Assembly (NCBI GenBank): GCA_964425075.1
Contig: CAYRKM010000001.1
Span: forward strand, 523,060-587,059
Reading direction: 5' to 3'
Origin: an uncultured Gammaproteobacteria bacterium
GTDB lineage: Bacteria; Patescibacteriota; Microgenomatia; Levybacterales; GWA1-39-11
Length of the DNA stretch: 64,000 bases
The notes below the pieces were generated by a model. That model had not been told where the DNA came from. It searched no databases and saw nothing but the letters and a program-made list of their open reading frames with translations. Within the stretch, counting starts at the first letter, position 1, and each line of letters starts with the position of its first letter. Position numbers and translations under genes: made by a program. Positions 19,134 to 29,214 of the stretch are shown one piece after another.

Positions 19134-21188
19134 TTAATTAGTTGCAGTTTCTGCAGGAGGCGTTTCGGGTTCTTTCCCCACGGCCTTGAGTAAATCTTCT
19201 TTTTTCCAGACTGCAAAATCACATTTTGGATAATTACCACATCCGAAAAAAGTTCTTCCTTTTCGCGTTCTTTTTACTACAACTTTTCCTCCATCTTTTG
19301 GACATGGATATTCTGTTTCTTCTCTCAAACTTTCTTTGTAATCACAAGTCGGAAAATTCTCACAAGACAAGAATTTACCAAATCTAGACTGTCTGATAAT
19401 AAGTCTTCCATTATCCTTTGGGCACATCTTGTCAGAATATTCTGGAACAATTTCAATTTTTTCAGCACCTTCTGCCTTTATTAAATCTTCTTCAAAGGGT
19501 TTATAAAATTCCTTTAGCATTGGCACCCATTCTAATTTTCCTTCTGCAATCTCGTCTAGTTTGCCTTCCATTGCCGCCGTGAATGGAATATCATCAATAT
19601 CACCAAAATTTTTCACTAAAAATTCACTTACAGAAATTCCAATTTCAGTAGGAATAAGTTTGCCTTCAGTTTTCTCTACATAGAATCTGTCATAAAGAGT
19701 GGAGATAATGGGAGCATATGTGGAAGGTCTTCCTATTCCATGTTTTTCAAGCGAGGAGATAAGGGATGCTTCATTGTATCGTGGTGGGGGAGCACTCTGA
19801 TGCTCAGTTGCTCTGCCTTCTTTGTAATCTAAAATTTCACCAACTTTTATTTCGGGTAAAATCTGATCCCCGTCGTCTTTTATTGCATATAGTTTTAAAA
19901 ATCCAGGAAATTTCAAAATTCTCCCATTTGCGCCAAATGTAAATATTTTTCCTTTCTCAATTTCTCCTTCGACTCTAGTGGAAGCAAATATTGCGTCATT
20001 CATTTGAGTTGCAACAGCACGTCTAAAGACAAGATCATATACATTTGCAAAATCTTTTCCTAATTTTTCCTCAACTATGCTTTTTTTAATAGTGAGATCT
20101 GTTGGTCGTATTGCTTCATGAGCTTCTTGCGCGGATTTTGAAGATGTTTTATAGACTCTAGTGTCTGAGGATAAATATTCTTTTCCAAATTCTTTTTCAA
20201 TATATCCCCGTGCGTCTTTCAGAAAAACATTTGAAAGATTGAATGAATCAGTTCTGTGATACGTAATATAACCCTCTTCATAAAGTCTTTGCGCAAGACT
20301 CATCGTGCGCTTCCCAGTGTATGAGAATCTTCTAATAGCTGCTTGTTGTAAAGTAGATGTTGTAAACGGTGGATACGGGGAACGTTTGGTTTCTTTCGAC
20401 TCGACACTCGTAATTGTAAGTCCAACCTTTTCAATTGCCTTAATAATATCTTCTGCCTCCTCTTTAGATAAGGAAGTTGAAGCGTATTTATATGTCCCAT
20501 CATAGAGTTCTACTGTTGTTGAACTTTGAATTTTTTCACCATTAATTTTTGATAACTCAAATTCAATTGGCGTTGCATCTCCCTTCTTTGTAACAACTAT
20601 AAAAATTCTATAAAATGTCTTACTTTCAAATTTTCCAATTTCTTTTTCTCTTTCTACAATAAGACGAAGTGCAACAGATTGAACTCGACCAGCTGATAAA
20701 TGACGTTTTACTTTTTTCCAAAGTAGAGGAGACAATTTGTATCCAACGACTCTATCCAAAACTCTACGTGCAGTTTGGGCATTTACCAGATCTTGGTCAA
20801 TGTTTCTGGTGTGAGTCATTGCTTCATCAATTGCTCCTTGTGTAATTTCATGAAAAACAATCCGAGAAAATTTTACATCTTTTTTTGCTTTGTCTTTTAG
20901 AATTTCATGAAGATGAAAAGCAATAGCTTCTCCTTCTCGGTCAGGGTCTGTTGCAAGGATAATATGGCTAGTTCCCTTGACTGTTTCTTTAAGTAATTTT
21001 ACCGTTTTTAATTTGTCTCTTGGGATAATATATTGTGGTTCAAAATTTTTTTCTATTTCAACTCCAAGCTTACTTTTTGGAAGATCACGAATATGACCCA
21101 TTGAAGCCACGACATCATATTTCCCTTTCAGGAATTTTGTAAGTGTTTTAGCTTTCGTGGGAGATTCCACCAAAATTACATCTTTCAT
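19134..21188 (-). CDS. topA: DNA topoisomerase I (start MKDVILVES at 21188)
   Basis: VESPTKAK, GHIRDLP, LATDPDREGE, SAGRVQS, ITYHRTDS, QEAHEAIRPT, GIGRPSTYA, two C-terminal Zn ribbons. Confidence 0.97.
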   Translation of the reverse strand: MKDVILVESPTKAKTLTKFLKGKYDVVASMGHIRDLPKSKLGVEIEKNFEPQYIIPRDKLKTVKLLKETVKGTSHIILATDPDREGEAIAFHLHEILKDKAKKDVKFSRIVFHEITQGAIDEAMTHTRNIDQDLVNAQTARRVLDRVVGYKLSPLLWKKVKRHLSAGRVQSVALRLIVEREKEIGKFESKTFYRIFIVVTKKGDATPIEFELSKINGEKIQSSTTVELYDGTYKYASTSLSKEEAEDIIKAIEKVGLTITSVESKETKRSPYPPFTTSTLQQAAIRRFSYTGKRTMSLAQRLYEEGYITYHRTDSFNLSNVFLKDARGYIEKEFGKEYLSSDTRVYKTSSKSAQEAHEAIRPTDLTIKKSIVEEKLGKDFANVYDLVFRRAVATQMNDAIFASTRVEGEIEKGKIFTFGANGRILKFPGFLKLYAIKDDGDQILPEIKVGEILDYKEGRATEHQSAPPPRYNEASLISSLEKHGIGRPSTYAPIISTLYDRFYVEKTEGKLIPTEIGISVSEFLVKNFGDIDDIPFTAAMEGKLDEIAEGKLEWVPMLKEFYKPFEEDLIKAEGAEKIEIVPEYSDKMCPKDNGRLIIRQSRFGKFLSCENFPTCDYKESLREETEYPCPKDGGKVVVKRTRKGRTFFGCGNYPKCDFAVWKKEDLLKAVGKEPETPPAETATN

Positions 21189-21218
21189 ACCTTTTTCTTC
21201 ACAAGGTTCCCATTCGCT

Positions 21219-21317
21219 CTTCAAGAAAACCCCACGCCTTTTAAGGCTGGGGATGAATTGAAGTAAGAAAACATCTTCCTTAGGGAAAACTTCGGCTTTT
21301 AAGCCGAAGAAGATGTT
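21219..21317. mobile_element. Pair of IS200/IS605-like end palindromes with no transposase (PATE/MITE-like remnant)
   Basis: GAAAAC-CCCACGCCTTTTAAGGCTGGGG-ATGAATTG and GAAAAC-TTCGGCTTTTAAGCCGAAG-AAGATGT hairpins, each inside an outer stem. Confidence 0.6.
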
Positions 21318-21455
21318 ATTATATCACTACCTATATATAGTGCAAACAAAATTCAGTATAGCATAGTACTGGGAGTGCTGATTATCAAAGGCGTTATTCA
21401 AAATAAAAACAAAGCTTTAATTTTTCCTAAGAAAAAGAAGAGAAACTTGCTTTTC

Positions 21456-22499
21456 TTACTGAAAGTAGAGCTCAGGGTTTGCAGTTACGTCTCTCCAGTT
21501 TTTTTCTTCAGGATTTATTAAGGCACATGCGCCAATCATTGCTGCGTTGTCCGTTGAATATTCTTTTTCAGGAAACAACACGGGAATATCTGTTTGGGAT
21601 TCAAGTTTTTCCCGTAATGTTTGGTTTGCACTAACCCCTCCGCCGACAAGAATAGACTTTGCATTATATTTTTCTGCTGCTTTTAGAGTTTTCTTTACTA
21701 ATACATCAATTATTGCTTTCTGGGTTGCGTAGCAAATTTCGTTTTTTATACTGTCGGTTATTTTTTCACTTTCAACAAATCTCATTACCTCTGTCTTAAG
21801 ACCCGAGAAAGAGAAATCAAAATTATCCTCATGAATGATGGGACTTTTGAAATGAATATCAGTTTTTCTAACCGTTTTTGCTCTTTTTTCAATCTCGGGT
21901 CCTGCGGGATAACTTAAATTAAGAAGGCGGCCAACTTTATCAATTGCCTCACCCGCAGCATCATCTCGTGTTCCACCAAGCCATTTATAATCAGTAATGG
22001 AATTAAATAGCAAAAGATCAGTATGTCCGCCCGATACGATAAGTCCGATAAAAGGAAACAGAACCTCATTTGTCTTCCTATTTATATAGTTAGCAAATAT
22101 ATGTGCAAGCAAATGATTCACTGGAAGCAGGGGTTTGTTTAAAACAAAAGACAGTGTCTTGGCGGTTTCCACACCAACAAGTAGAGAGCCAATAAGCCCT
22201 GGGCCAGAAGTTACAGCAATTGCATCAATATTATTTTTCAAAATATCAAGTGCCTTTCTAATATCTGTTTGTTTGTCTGTTAATTCTATTGACTCACTTT
22301 TAAGAAGCGCTTCAATAATAACTGGCATAATATATGTAACTTGAGCGCGCGCAGCATTTTCAGGAATGATTCCACCAGTTGTAGCATGGGTAGCAAGGGA
22401 AGTTGCAGTGACATTTGAAATGACCTTTATTAATTCTTTTTTTTCAATAACAGCGGCTCCAGTTTCGTCACAAGAAGTTTCAAGGGCAAGAATTTTCAT
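21456..22499 (-). CDS. tsaD: tRNA N6-adenosine threonylcarbamoyltransferase TsaD
   Basis: ETSCDETG, GPGLIGSL, NHLLAH, VSGGHT, TRDDAAGEAIDKV, FSFSGLKT, TDNAAMIG. Confidence 0.97.
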   Translation of the reverse strand: MKILALETSCDETGAAVIEKKELIKVISNVTATSLATHATTGGIIPENAARAQVTYIMPVIIEALLKSESIELTDKQTDIRKALDILKNNIDAIAVTSGPGLIGSLLVGVETAKTLSFVLNKPLLPVNHLLAHIFANYINRKTNEVLFPFIGLIVSGGHTDLLLFNSITDYKWLGGTRDDAAGEAIDKVGRLLNLSYPAGPEIEKRAKTVRKTDIHFKSPIIHEDNFDFSFSGLKTEVMRFVESEKITDSIKNEICYATQKAIIDVLVKKTLKAAEKYNAKSILVGGGVSANQTLREKLESQTDIPVLFPEKEYSTDNAAMIGACALINPEEKNWRDVTANPELYFQ

Positions 22500-22508
22500 A
22501 AAGAAGCA

Positions 22509-22976
22509 TTAGCGGTTGATAGTAATTGTGTCACCAATTTTAAATCCATTTTTATCGGCCAAACCGCCATTAATTTCTAATACATAATTTGCAGGAGTTC
22601 TTGAGGTGTAGGTTGGAAGGACAGTATTCTCTTTGCCTTCTTGAGCCGGGACATTTTTATATATATCTACGATTTTATTATCGTCTATAAAAATAATATC
22701 TAATGGGAATTTGACGTCCTTCATCCAAAATGAATATTTATCTTTTCTTTCAAAAATAAAAAGCATTCCTCTTTTCTCATCTAAGTCATTTCTTTTTGAA
22801 AGGCCTTTTTGTCTTTCATTATCATTATCTGCGATTTCAACATTAAATTTTTGATTACTAATTTCAACTGTTGAAGAACCGACATTGGGGAAGAAGGGGA
22901 CACCTCTAAATTTGGCAACAGCAAGAATTATTACCAAAAGAATAAGAGCGCCATAAGCAATAAATACTTTTTTCAT
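22509..22976 (-). CDS. DUF192 family protein
   Basis: VEIAD...RQKGL..R...GMLFIF...FWMKDVKFPLDIIFID...YVLEINGG. Confidence 0.9.
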   Translation of the reverse strand: MKKVFIAYGALILLVIILAVAKFRGVPFFPNVGSSTVEISNQKFNVEIADNDNERQKGLSKRNDLDEKRGMLFIFERKDKYSFWMKDVKFPLDIIFIDDNKIVDIYKNVPAQEGKENTVLPTYTSRTPANYVLEINGGLADKNGFKIGDTITINR

Positions 22977-23443
22977 ATTTTTTTCTGTTTAATTAAAGAA
23001 CTTGTAGAGTAGCGAGTGTCTCTTTTCATGACACTTACAACTTTTCCATTAACCCCACTTGCTTGATCCTTTTTCACCTCAATTAAGGGGTCATTCTCAG
23101 TCACTGCAATTATAGCAGGACGGATAGATTTTACAAGGTTGTAGTAGTATGTATCTGATTCTGGATTATTGAGCAAAACTACATAGTCAACAGCAGATTC
23201 TGAAATTAAATTGTTTGCCCTTAATGCTTGGCTGTTTACTGGATGTCCCTTGCCTTTAAGTTTGTGGATGTTTTCATCACTTTCCAGAAGAAGAATTAAG
23301 GTGTCTCCTTGTTCCCTTGAGCGTTTGATAAATTCAAAATGGCCTGGATGTAAAATATCAAAACAGCCGCCTATAAGCACTCGTTTGCCTTTTTCTATTT
23401 TAAAAGTCTCGTTATCGTGTATTATTTTTCCCATATCATTCAA
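22973..23443 (-). CDS. Cytidylyltransferase-like nucleotidyltransferase (RibL/RfaE-II-like)
   Basis: GGCFDILHPGH (HIGH-type), KLKG..HPV, YSTSSLI; start uncertain. Confidence 0.85.
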   Translation of the reverse strand: MNDMGKIIHDNETFKIEKGKRVLIGGCFDILHPGHFEFIKRSREQGDTLILLLESDENIHKLKGKGHPVNSQALRANNLISESAVDYVVLLNNPESDTYYYNLVKSIRPAIIAVTENDPLIEVKKDQASGVNGKVVSVMKRDTRYSTSSLIKQKKI

Positions 23444-23481
23444 AACCCGAAATTATGCTCAAATTCTGATAAAATATATAT

Positions 23482-24741
23482 GTGGGCATTATATCAAGTT
23501 TAAAGCGTGCATTCTATTTTCCTGTTGCGTCGTATTTTAAGTTCTTTGCTGCAATAAAGCTTCTTTTATGGCGGCCAAGAATAATATTAATAACAGGTTC
23601 GAGTGGTAAAACCACAACAATGCATTTCATAAAGTCTCAACTGGGGGATAAAGCGCGTTATTCCGATAAAGCCAATAGTGCATTTGGAATACCATTCGAT
23701 ATCCTGGGTCTTTCAAGAAAAACGCTTCTTCCATCCGAATGGCCTCTTTTATTTTTAAAAGCCCCGTTAAATGCTTTTAAAAAACCATTTGATGAAAAAC
23801 TGTATATCGTAGAGGCTGATTGCGATAGATTAGGAGAAGGAGAATTTTTGGCCGAATTGCTGCGTCCTGAGGTTACGATTTGGTTAAGTCTATCACGCTC
23901 TCACAGTGTTAACTTCGAGAATGGAAAAGGAGAAATTGAGGAAGTAATAGCAAAGGAATTTGGACAATTCATAAAAAAAACAACTGGTCTTATAATTATA
24001 AATTCAGATAATAAATATATTATTAAGAATTCGACTGGGCCGATTAAAAGAGAAGATGTATCGATAAAAAATCTGACAGAGTACGAAGTTGGGAAAAAAT
24101 CTACAAAGTTTGAAATTAATGGAAGAGGATATTTAGTGCCTTTTCTTTTGCCTGAGGAGGCAGCTTATTCCATCCAGGTCTTAGATTACTTGATGAATTA
24201 TTTGCAAATTGAATTGGATACTTCTTTTCCGAATTTTTATCTGCCACCGGGACGTAGTTCTGTCTTTAACGGTATTAAACAAACTACTATTATTGACAGT
24301 TCTTATAACGCTAGTCTTGAGAGTGTGACAGCGATGCTTAATCTTTTTGAGAAATACAATGCAGTCAAGAAATGGGTAGTCCTAGGAGATATGTTGGAGC
24401 AGGGTGAATATGAAAAGGAAGAACATGAAAAACTTGCTGATATCTTACAAAAAAATAAGTATGAAAAAATAATTCTTGTAGGACCACGTGTTTCAAAATT
24501 TACCTACCCAAAATTAATAGAAGATACTAAAAACACTGGGGATATTGTACACTTTGATTTGCCAACTGACGCTTTGACTTATATAGAAGCAAATATTAAT
24601 GGTGGTGAGACAATTCTCTTTAAGGGTGCTAGATTCTTAGAGGGAATAATAGAAAAATTGTTAATAGACAAAAAAGATATAAGCAAACTCTGTAGAAGAG
24701 AAAAAGTTTGGCAAGATAGGAGAAAAAAATGGGGACTTTAA
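23482..24741 (+). CDS. murF: Mur ligase, MurF-like
   Basis: ITGSSGKTTT, PPGR, IIDSSYNAS, VLGDMLEQG, ILFKGAR. Confidence 0.8.
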   Translation: MGIISSLKRAFYFPVASYFKFFAAIKLLLWRPRIILITGSSGKTTTMHFIKSQLGDKARYSDKANSAFGIPFDILGLSRKTLLPSEWPLLFLKAPLNAFKKPFDEKLYIVEADCDRLGEGEFLAELLRPEVTIWLSLSRSHSVNFENGKGEIEEVIAKEFGQFIKKTTGLIIINSDNKYIIKNSTGPIKREDVSIKNLTEYEVGKKSTKFEINGRGYLVPFLLPEEAAYSIQVLDYLMNYLQIELDTSFPNFYLPPGRSSVFNGIKQTTIIDSSYNASLESVTAMLNLFEKYNAVKKWVVLGDMLEQGEYEKEEHEKLADILQKNKYEKIILVGPRVSKFTYPKLIEDTKNTGDIVHFDLPTDALTYIEANINGGETILFKGARFLEGIIEKLLIDKKDISKLCRREKVWQDRRKKWGL

Positions 24742-25415
24742 AGATATTTATTCTTCATGGATGGACATATGACATTGAAAAATGGGATGGATTCGTATCT
24801 CTGCTTAAGAAAGATTATCATGTGGAATTACTTAAAATTCCTGGTTTAACAGCCAAGCTTGAATCAGCTTATACTATTGAGGACTATGTTGAATGGTTAA
24901 AGAATGAGATAGCAAGGGAAGAAAAGGTTGTATTGATAGGACATTCCAATGGTGGAAGACTTGCAAGTTTTTTTGCTTCTCTTCATCCTGAGAAAGTGTC
25001 TCACCTGATTTTGATTGATAGTGCTGGAATTTACCACAAGGATATAGGCATAACCTTGAAACGATTGGTTTTTAAAAACATAGCAAAGTTTGGAAAGAAA
25101 ATTAGTAAATCAAAAATTTTAGAGAAATTGCTTTATAAAGCGGCTCGCGAAAAAGATTACATGAAGGCTTCCCCAATACTTAAAAAAACCATGGAAAACC
25201 TGATTAAATCAGATGTAACGCCTCATCTTCCAAATATCAAATCAAAAACTCTAATTATTTGGGGAAGAAATGATAAAGCAACTCCTCTTTCTGATGGGCT
25301 CAGAATGCATGAATTAATCCCAAATTCCAAGCTTGAAATAATTGAAGCGCGGCATTCTCCTCAATTTACAAATCCTATAGAAATAACAAAACTAATTACG
25401 TCATTTTTATCATGA
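24729..25415 (+). CDS. Alpha/beta hydrolase
   Basis: LHGW, GHSNGG nucleophile elbow, IWGRND, RHSP. Confidence 0.9.
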   Translation: MGTLKIFILHGWTYDIEKWDGFVSLLKKDYHVELLKIPGLTAKLESAYTIEDYVEWLKNEIAREEKVVLIGHSNGGRLASFFASLHPEKVSHLILIDSAGIYHKDIGITLKRLVFKNIAKFGKKISKSKILEKLLYKAAREKDYMKASPILKKTMENLIKSDVTPHLPNIKSKTLIIWGRNDKATPLSDGLRMHELIPNSKLEIIEARHSPQFTNPIEITKLITSFLS

Positions 25416-26587
25416 ATATTTTTAATTCGTTAGGATCCAATTACACATTCAAAGAAGCACTTAAAATTTTGTTTATCCCCAACTTGCCTGATTATAAAAC
25501 GAACCTTGTAAAAACTTTAGAAGAAAAATATAGCGGGAAAGCACATCTTACTTATAAAGGGAGAGAGGCATTATCTCTAGCGCTTTCTCTTATTGATACA
25601 AGAAGGAAGAAAGTGGCAATAACTGGCTTTACTTGTTATGCAGTATATGAACCAATTGAAAGAGCGGGATTTAATGCAGTTCTAATTGATATCGATAAAG
25701 AAACTTTAAATTTTTCTCCAGAATCGCTTGAAAATTTGGCAAAGAGAGAAAATTTAGCCGCAGTTGTTATACAAAACACATTGGGTTTTCCTTGTGATAT
25801 TTCAAAAATTCAAAAAATCTGTAAAGAATATAAAATCATTCTCATTGAAGACCTTGCACATTCTGTAGGAGCAGTTTATGAAAACGGTAAAGAAGCAGGG
25901 ACAGTGGGGGATATCGTTGTTCTGTCTTTTAGCCAAGACAAAATGATTGATGCGGTTTCTGGTGGAGCAATCATTATACGGAATAAAGATTTGATAAAAG
26001 ATATGTTTATCAAAAAAAATCAAACAGAAAAGCTACGTGATAGAATATACCCCTTTCTATCTGTTTCGATAAGAATTCTTTATCCGTATTTGATTGGTAA
26101 GGTATTTCATTTTATTTTAAAAAAACTCAATGTTTTGTCTGCCCCAATGGATGGATATGTAATCCCAACAACACCTCTTTTATGGCAATGTCATCTTGCA
26201 CAAATTGAGTTTGATAGTTTAAACAAAAATATAGCACACAGGCGATTGATAGCTAATATTTACTTTAAAAATATTAGTGAGTCGTTACTTAATATAAATT
26301 TGAAGAAAAAAAATAATTCATCATATTTACGATTTCCAATATTTGTAAAAAACAGAAAAGGCTTGATTGAATTTCTTAAGAAAGAAGGAATATACGTCTC
26401 TGATATTTGGTATGATGCGCCAATTGCACCTCATAGATTTTTGTCGCAAACTGGTTATGGAGGAGAGTGTCCTAACGCCGAAATGATTTCACAAACAATT
26501 CTTAATTTGCCAACTCACAAAAATGTCTCAAAAGCCGAAGCGGAAAAACTGTCAGAAATTATCAACCAATGGGAAAAATTGCAGTAG
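25412..26587 (+). CDS. DegT/DnrJ/EryC1/StrS-family PLP aminotransferase
   Basis: LIEDLAHSVG, LSFSQDKMI (PLP Lys), LNLPTH. Confidence 0.88.
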   Translation: MNIFNSLGSNYTFKEALKILFIPNLPDYKTNLVKTLEEKYSGKAHLTYKGREALSLALSLIDTRRKKVAITGFTCYAVYEPIERAGFNAVLIDIDKETLNFSPESLENLAKRENLAAVVIQNTLGFPCDISKIQKICKEYKIILIEDLAHSVGAVYENGKEAGTVGDIVVLSFSQDKMIDAVSGGAIIIRNKDLIKDMFIKKNQTEKLRDRIYPFLSVSIRILYPYLIGKVFHFILKKLNVLSAPMDGYVIPTTPLLWQCHLAQIEFDSLNKNIAHRRLIANIYFKNISESLLNINLKKKNNSSYLRFPIFVKNRKGLIEFLKKEGIYVSDIWYDAPIAPHRFLSQTGYGGECPNAEMISQTILNLPTHKNVSKAEAEKLSEIINQWEKLQ

Positions 26588-27597
26588 TACAAATTATAAA
26601 TAAAAATGATTGGGAAGAGTTTCTTCTTAGAAATGAAGAGGCAAATTTTCTTCAATCTTGGTATTGGGGAGAATTTCACGAATCACTTGGAAAGAAAATA
26701 TACCGCTCAGGTTTTTATGAAGACAATCTATTAATCGGGGTCATGCTTTCCGTTATAGAACCGGCAAAAAGAGGAAAATACCTTACGGTTCCAGGTGGTC
26801 CAATAATAAATTGGAATAAAAAAAACATAGAATCTTGTTTTGTTGAAGAGGTTAGAAGAATTGCAAAGCACGAAAAATGCATTTTTGTAAGGGTTAGGCC
26901 TCAACTTTTGGAAACCGAGGATTCACTACATAAGTTTGGCAAGTTAGGATTTGTTCATGCCCCAACCCACTTACATGCTCAGCTTACATCCCAACTTGAT
27001 ATAACAAAATCTGAGGAGGAGTTATTGATAAATATGAGAAAGGCAACTCGATATGAAGTAAAAAAAGCTGAGAAAATTGGAGTTAGGGTAACTTCTTCAA
27101 CAGATACAAATTTATTAAAGGAATTTTTTGATCTTCAAATAGAAACGTCAAAAAGGCAAGGTTTTGTTCCTTTCTCTTACAATTTCTTAAAAAATCAGTT
27201 TGAAATATTTGCTAGAAACAATTTGGCACTTCTTTATAGGGCAGAGTTTGAAAAAAAAGTTTTGGCCGAAGCATTTATAATTTTTTACAACAATGAAGCG
27301 GTATATCACTATGGAGCAAGTACCGATGAAGGAAGAAAGTATCCTGGGGCATATCTTATCCAATGGGAGGCAATAAAAGAAGCAAAAAGGAGAAACATCA
27401 AACGATATAATTTTTGGGGGGTTTCACCAGTTGGAAATGAAAATCATAGATTTGCTGGACTGTCCTTGTTTAAGAGGGGATTTGGTGGGGAGGATGTCAA
27501 TTATTTAAGAGCGCATGACCTTATCATTAATAAGCCGAGATATCTTTTAAATTCTATGATTGAAACGATGCGCGAGAAAATGCGACGACTGAAATAA
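26569..27597 (+). CDS. FemAB/FemX-family peptidoglycan bridge peptidyltransferase
   Basis: FLQSWYWGEF, RYEVKKAEK, YHYGAS, QWEAIKEAK, YNFWGV, GLSLFKRGFGG. Confidence 0.9.
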   Translation: MGKIAVVQIINKNDWEEFLLRNEEANFLQSWYWGEFHESLGKKIYRSGFYEDNLLIGVMLSVIEPAKRGKYLTVPGGPIINWNKKNIESCFVEEVRRIAKHEKCIFVRVRPQLLETEDSLHKFGKLGFVHAPTHLHAQLTSQLDITKSEEELLINMRKATRYEVKKAEKIGVRVTSSTDTNLLKEFFDLQIETSKRQGFVPFSYNFLKNQFEIFARNNLALLYRAEFEKKVLAEAFIIFYNNEAVYHYGASTDEGRKYPGAYLIQWEAIKEAKRRNIKRYNFWGVSPVGNENHRFAGLSLFKRGFGGEDVNYLRAHDLIINKPRYLLNSMIETMREKMRRLK

Positions 27598-29025
27598 TCA
27601 TCCTTCCTTAGTTCCTCGCAAAAATACGGCTCTCCAGGGAGTGTAACGAGAAGTGTATTTTTCATTAATAATAATCTCTCCATTTTTTTTGACGATTCGA
27701 TTAAAAACTACTGTTGCGCCGCTTGCTGCATAATCAATTTGTTTCTCAACGCCTTTTGGAAGAGTTGGATCATCCTGATATAGTGGTTCTGGTGCAGGAG
27801 CGACACCAGTTACTACCGGTGTGCTTAGGGTTACTTCTCGTCCGTCCTTTTTGCCGTATAGAATAAAAGTTAAACTTACCTCAGTTGGATCTACATACGA
27901 TTGGATCAAGATATGGCTACCGGTATCATTTTTAAATTTTAAGTCAACAGTAGGTACATATACTGTAGCATCCAATCCAGGCGGGGAATATTGTTCATAA
28001 TATCCAACTCTATATGCGTGAGCATGACGTTCTGTAATAGGAAGCCCACTATCTAAGAGTGCTCTAAAAAGAGTTGATGAGACTTGGCATACGCCTCCAC
28101 CATCACCAAGAACAGTTTTTCCACTCTGTATGACGTACGCCTCCTTATATCCTGTGTATTTTGAAACATCACCCAAGTATTTTACAAATGAAAATTCTTC
28201 TTCAGGCTTTACTAATATTCCATTAAGACGAGATGCTGCAAGGGCGACATTGTGAATCCTGTTTGGGATAGAATGTTGGTAGTAGGATTTACCAAACCCT
28301 ATTTGCTCTACTATTCCAAATTCATTGACTTCTTCAGTTGTTACTTTAGGTTTTAAGGTTATTGTGGGAATTTCATATGTATATGACTGAATTTTTTCTT
28401 TTTTTATAATTTCAGGAACGCGTTCTAAAATATATTCTTTTGCCTTTGCAATATTTATTGTTTTTCCATCAGTGGATTGTTTGAAAGTTGTAACTCTGTT
28501 GTTCTCAATCGTAAACAATGCGTCAACTGGTTCGACATAAGCCTTTTCCTCAATTGGCTTAAGAGTCTCAGCTAATTTCGTATCATTAAAAGTAAAGGAT
28601 GAATTAAGAGTTATGCCATTAAGATAGGCATTCATTATGATAAAGAAATTAGCGAATATATTTGATGATTTCCCCAAATGCGTAGCCTGTTGGGCAATAA
28701 GCTCCGAATTATATCCAATATCGAGTTGTTGGGCAGATATGGTTGAGATTTGATCTTCATGGGTAAGAGTAAAATTACTATCCTTTATAGAATTGCTCTT
28801 ATCATCAAAAATTTTTATGATTTCCTCATTTGTTTTTTCCCCAACGTAAATATTATCGATATAAATACCGGGGATTGCCTTTGTTTTATATATATTCTGA
28901 AAAATGATAATAAAAAGAGAAAAAATTGTAAGTCCAGCAATTGAAAATCCTACAATGAACCAAAATGGAGCTTTGGCACGATGGCGAACTTTACTAGAAG
29001 TTTCTTTAATAAGTTTTGTGTTCAT
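27598..29025 (-). CDS. VanW family protein
   Basis: N-terminal TM; RIHNVALA, EFSF, GGGVCQVSSTLF, ERHAH, GLDATVY, DLKFKN. Confidence 0.92.
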   Translation of the reverse strand: MNTKLIKETSSKVRHRAKAPFWFIVGFSIAGLTIFSLFIIIFQNIYKTKAIPGIYIDNIYVGEKTNEEIIKIFDDKSNSIKDSNFTLTHEDQISTISAQQLDIGYNSELIAQQATHLGKSSNIFANFFIIMNAYLNGITLNSSFTFNDTKLAETLKPIEEKAYVEPVDALFTIENNRVTTFKQSTDGKTINIAKAKEYILERVPEIIKKEKIQSYTYEIPTITLKPKVTTEEVNEFGIVEQIGFGKSYYQHSIPNRIHNVALAASRLNGILVKPEEEFSFVKYLGDVSKYTGYKEAYVIQSGKTVLGDGGGVCQVSSTLFRALLDSGLPITERHAHAYRVGYYEQYSPPGLDATVYVPTVDLKFKNDTGSHILIQSYVDPTEVSLTFILYGKKDGREVTLSTPVVTGVAPAPEPLYQDDPTLPKGVEKQIDYAASGATVVFNRIVKKNGEIIINEKYTSRYTPWRAVFLRGTKEG

Positions 29026-29214
29026 ATGCTAAGTTTGGCTTGAAATAGTTCACCTCAAAATCCGAATGACTCGTAGCATTTTTTAGGTGTTATTACTATA
29101 CTGTATGTATAGATAAAATTGGCAATTTTTGAACATTTTTTATATGTTTAATGCCCTTAGAATGAATTTCTATGTTTTGCATGCAATATTTATTATACTC
29201 AAATTTTAAGTAAT

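Noticed and set aside
19133-21224. Longer N-termini given by the ORF track for the TrmH gene (19240) and topA (21224); likewise serS (42028)
   Set aside because: Extensions overlap neighbouring genes or the palindromic element; family homology begins at the downstream ATGs
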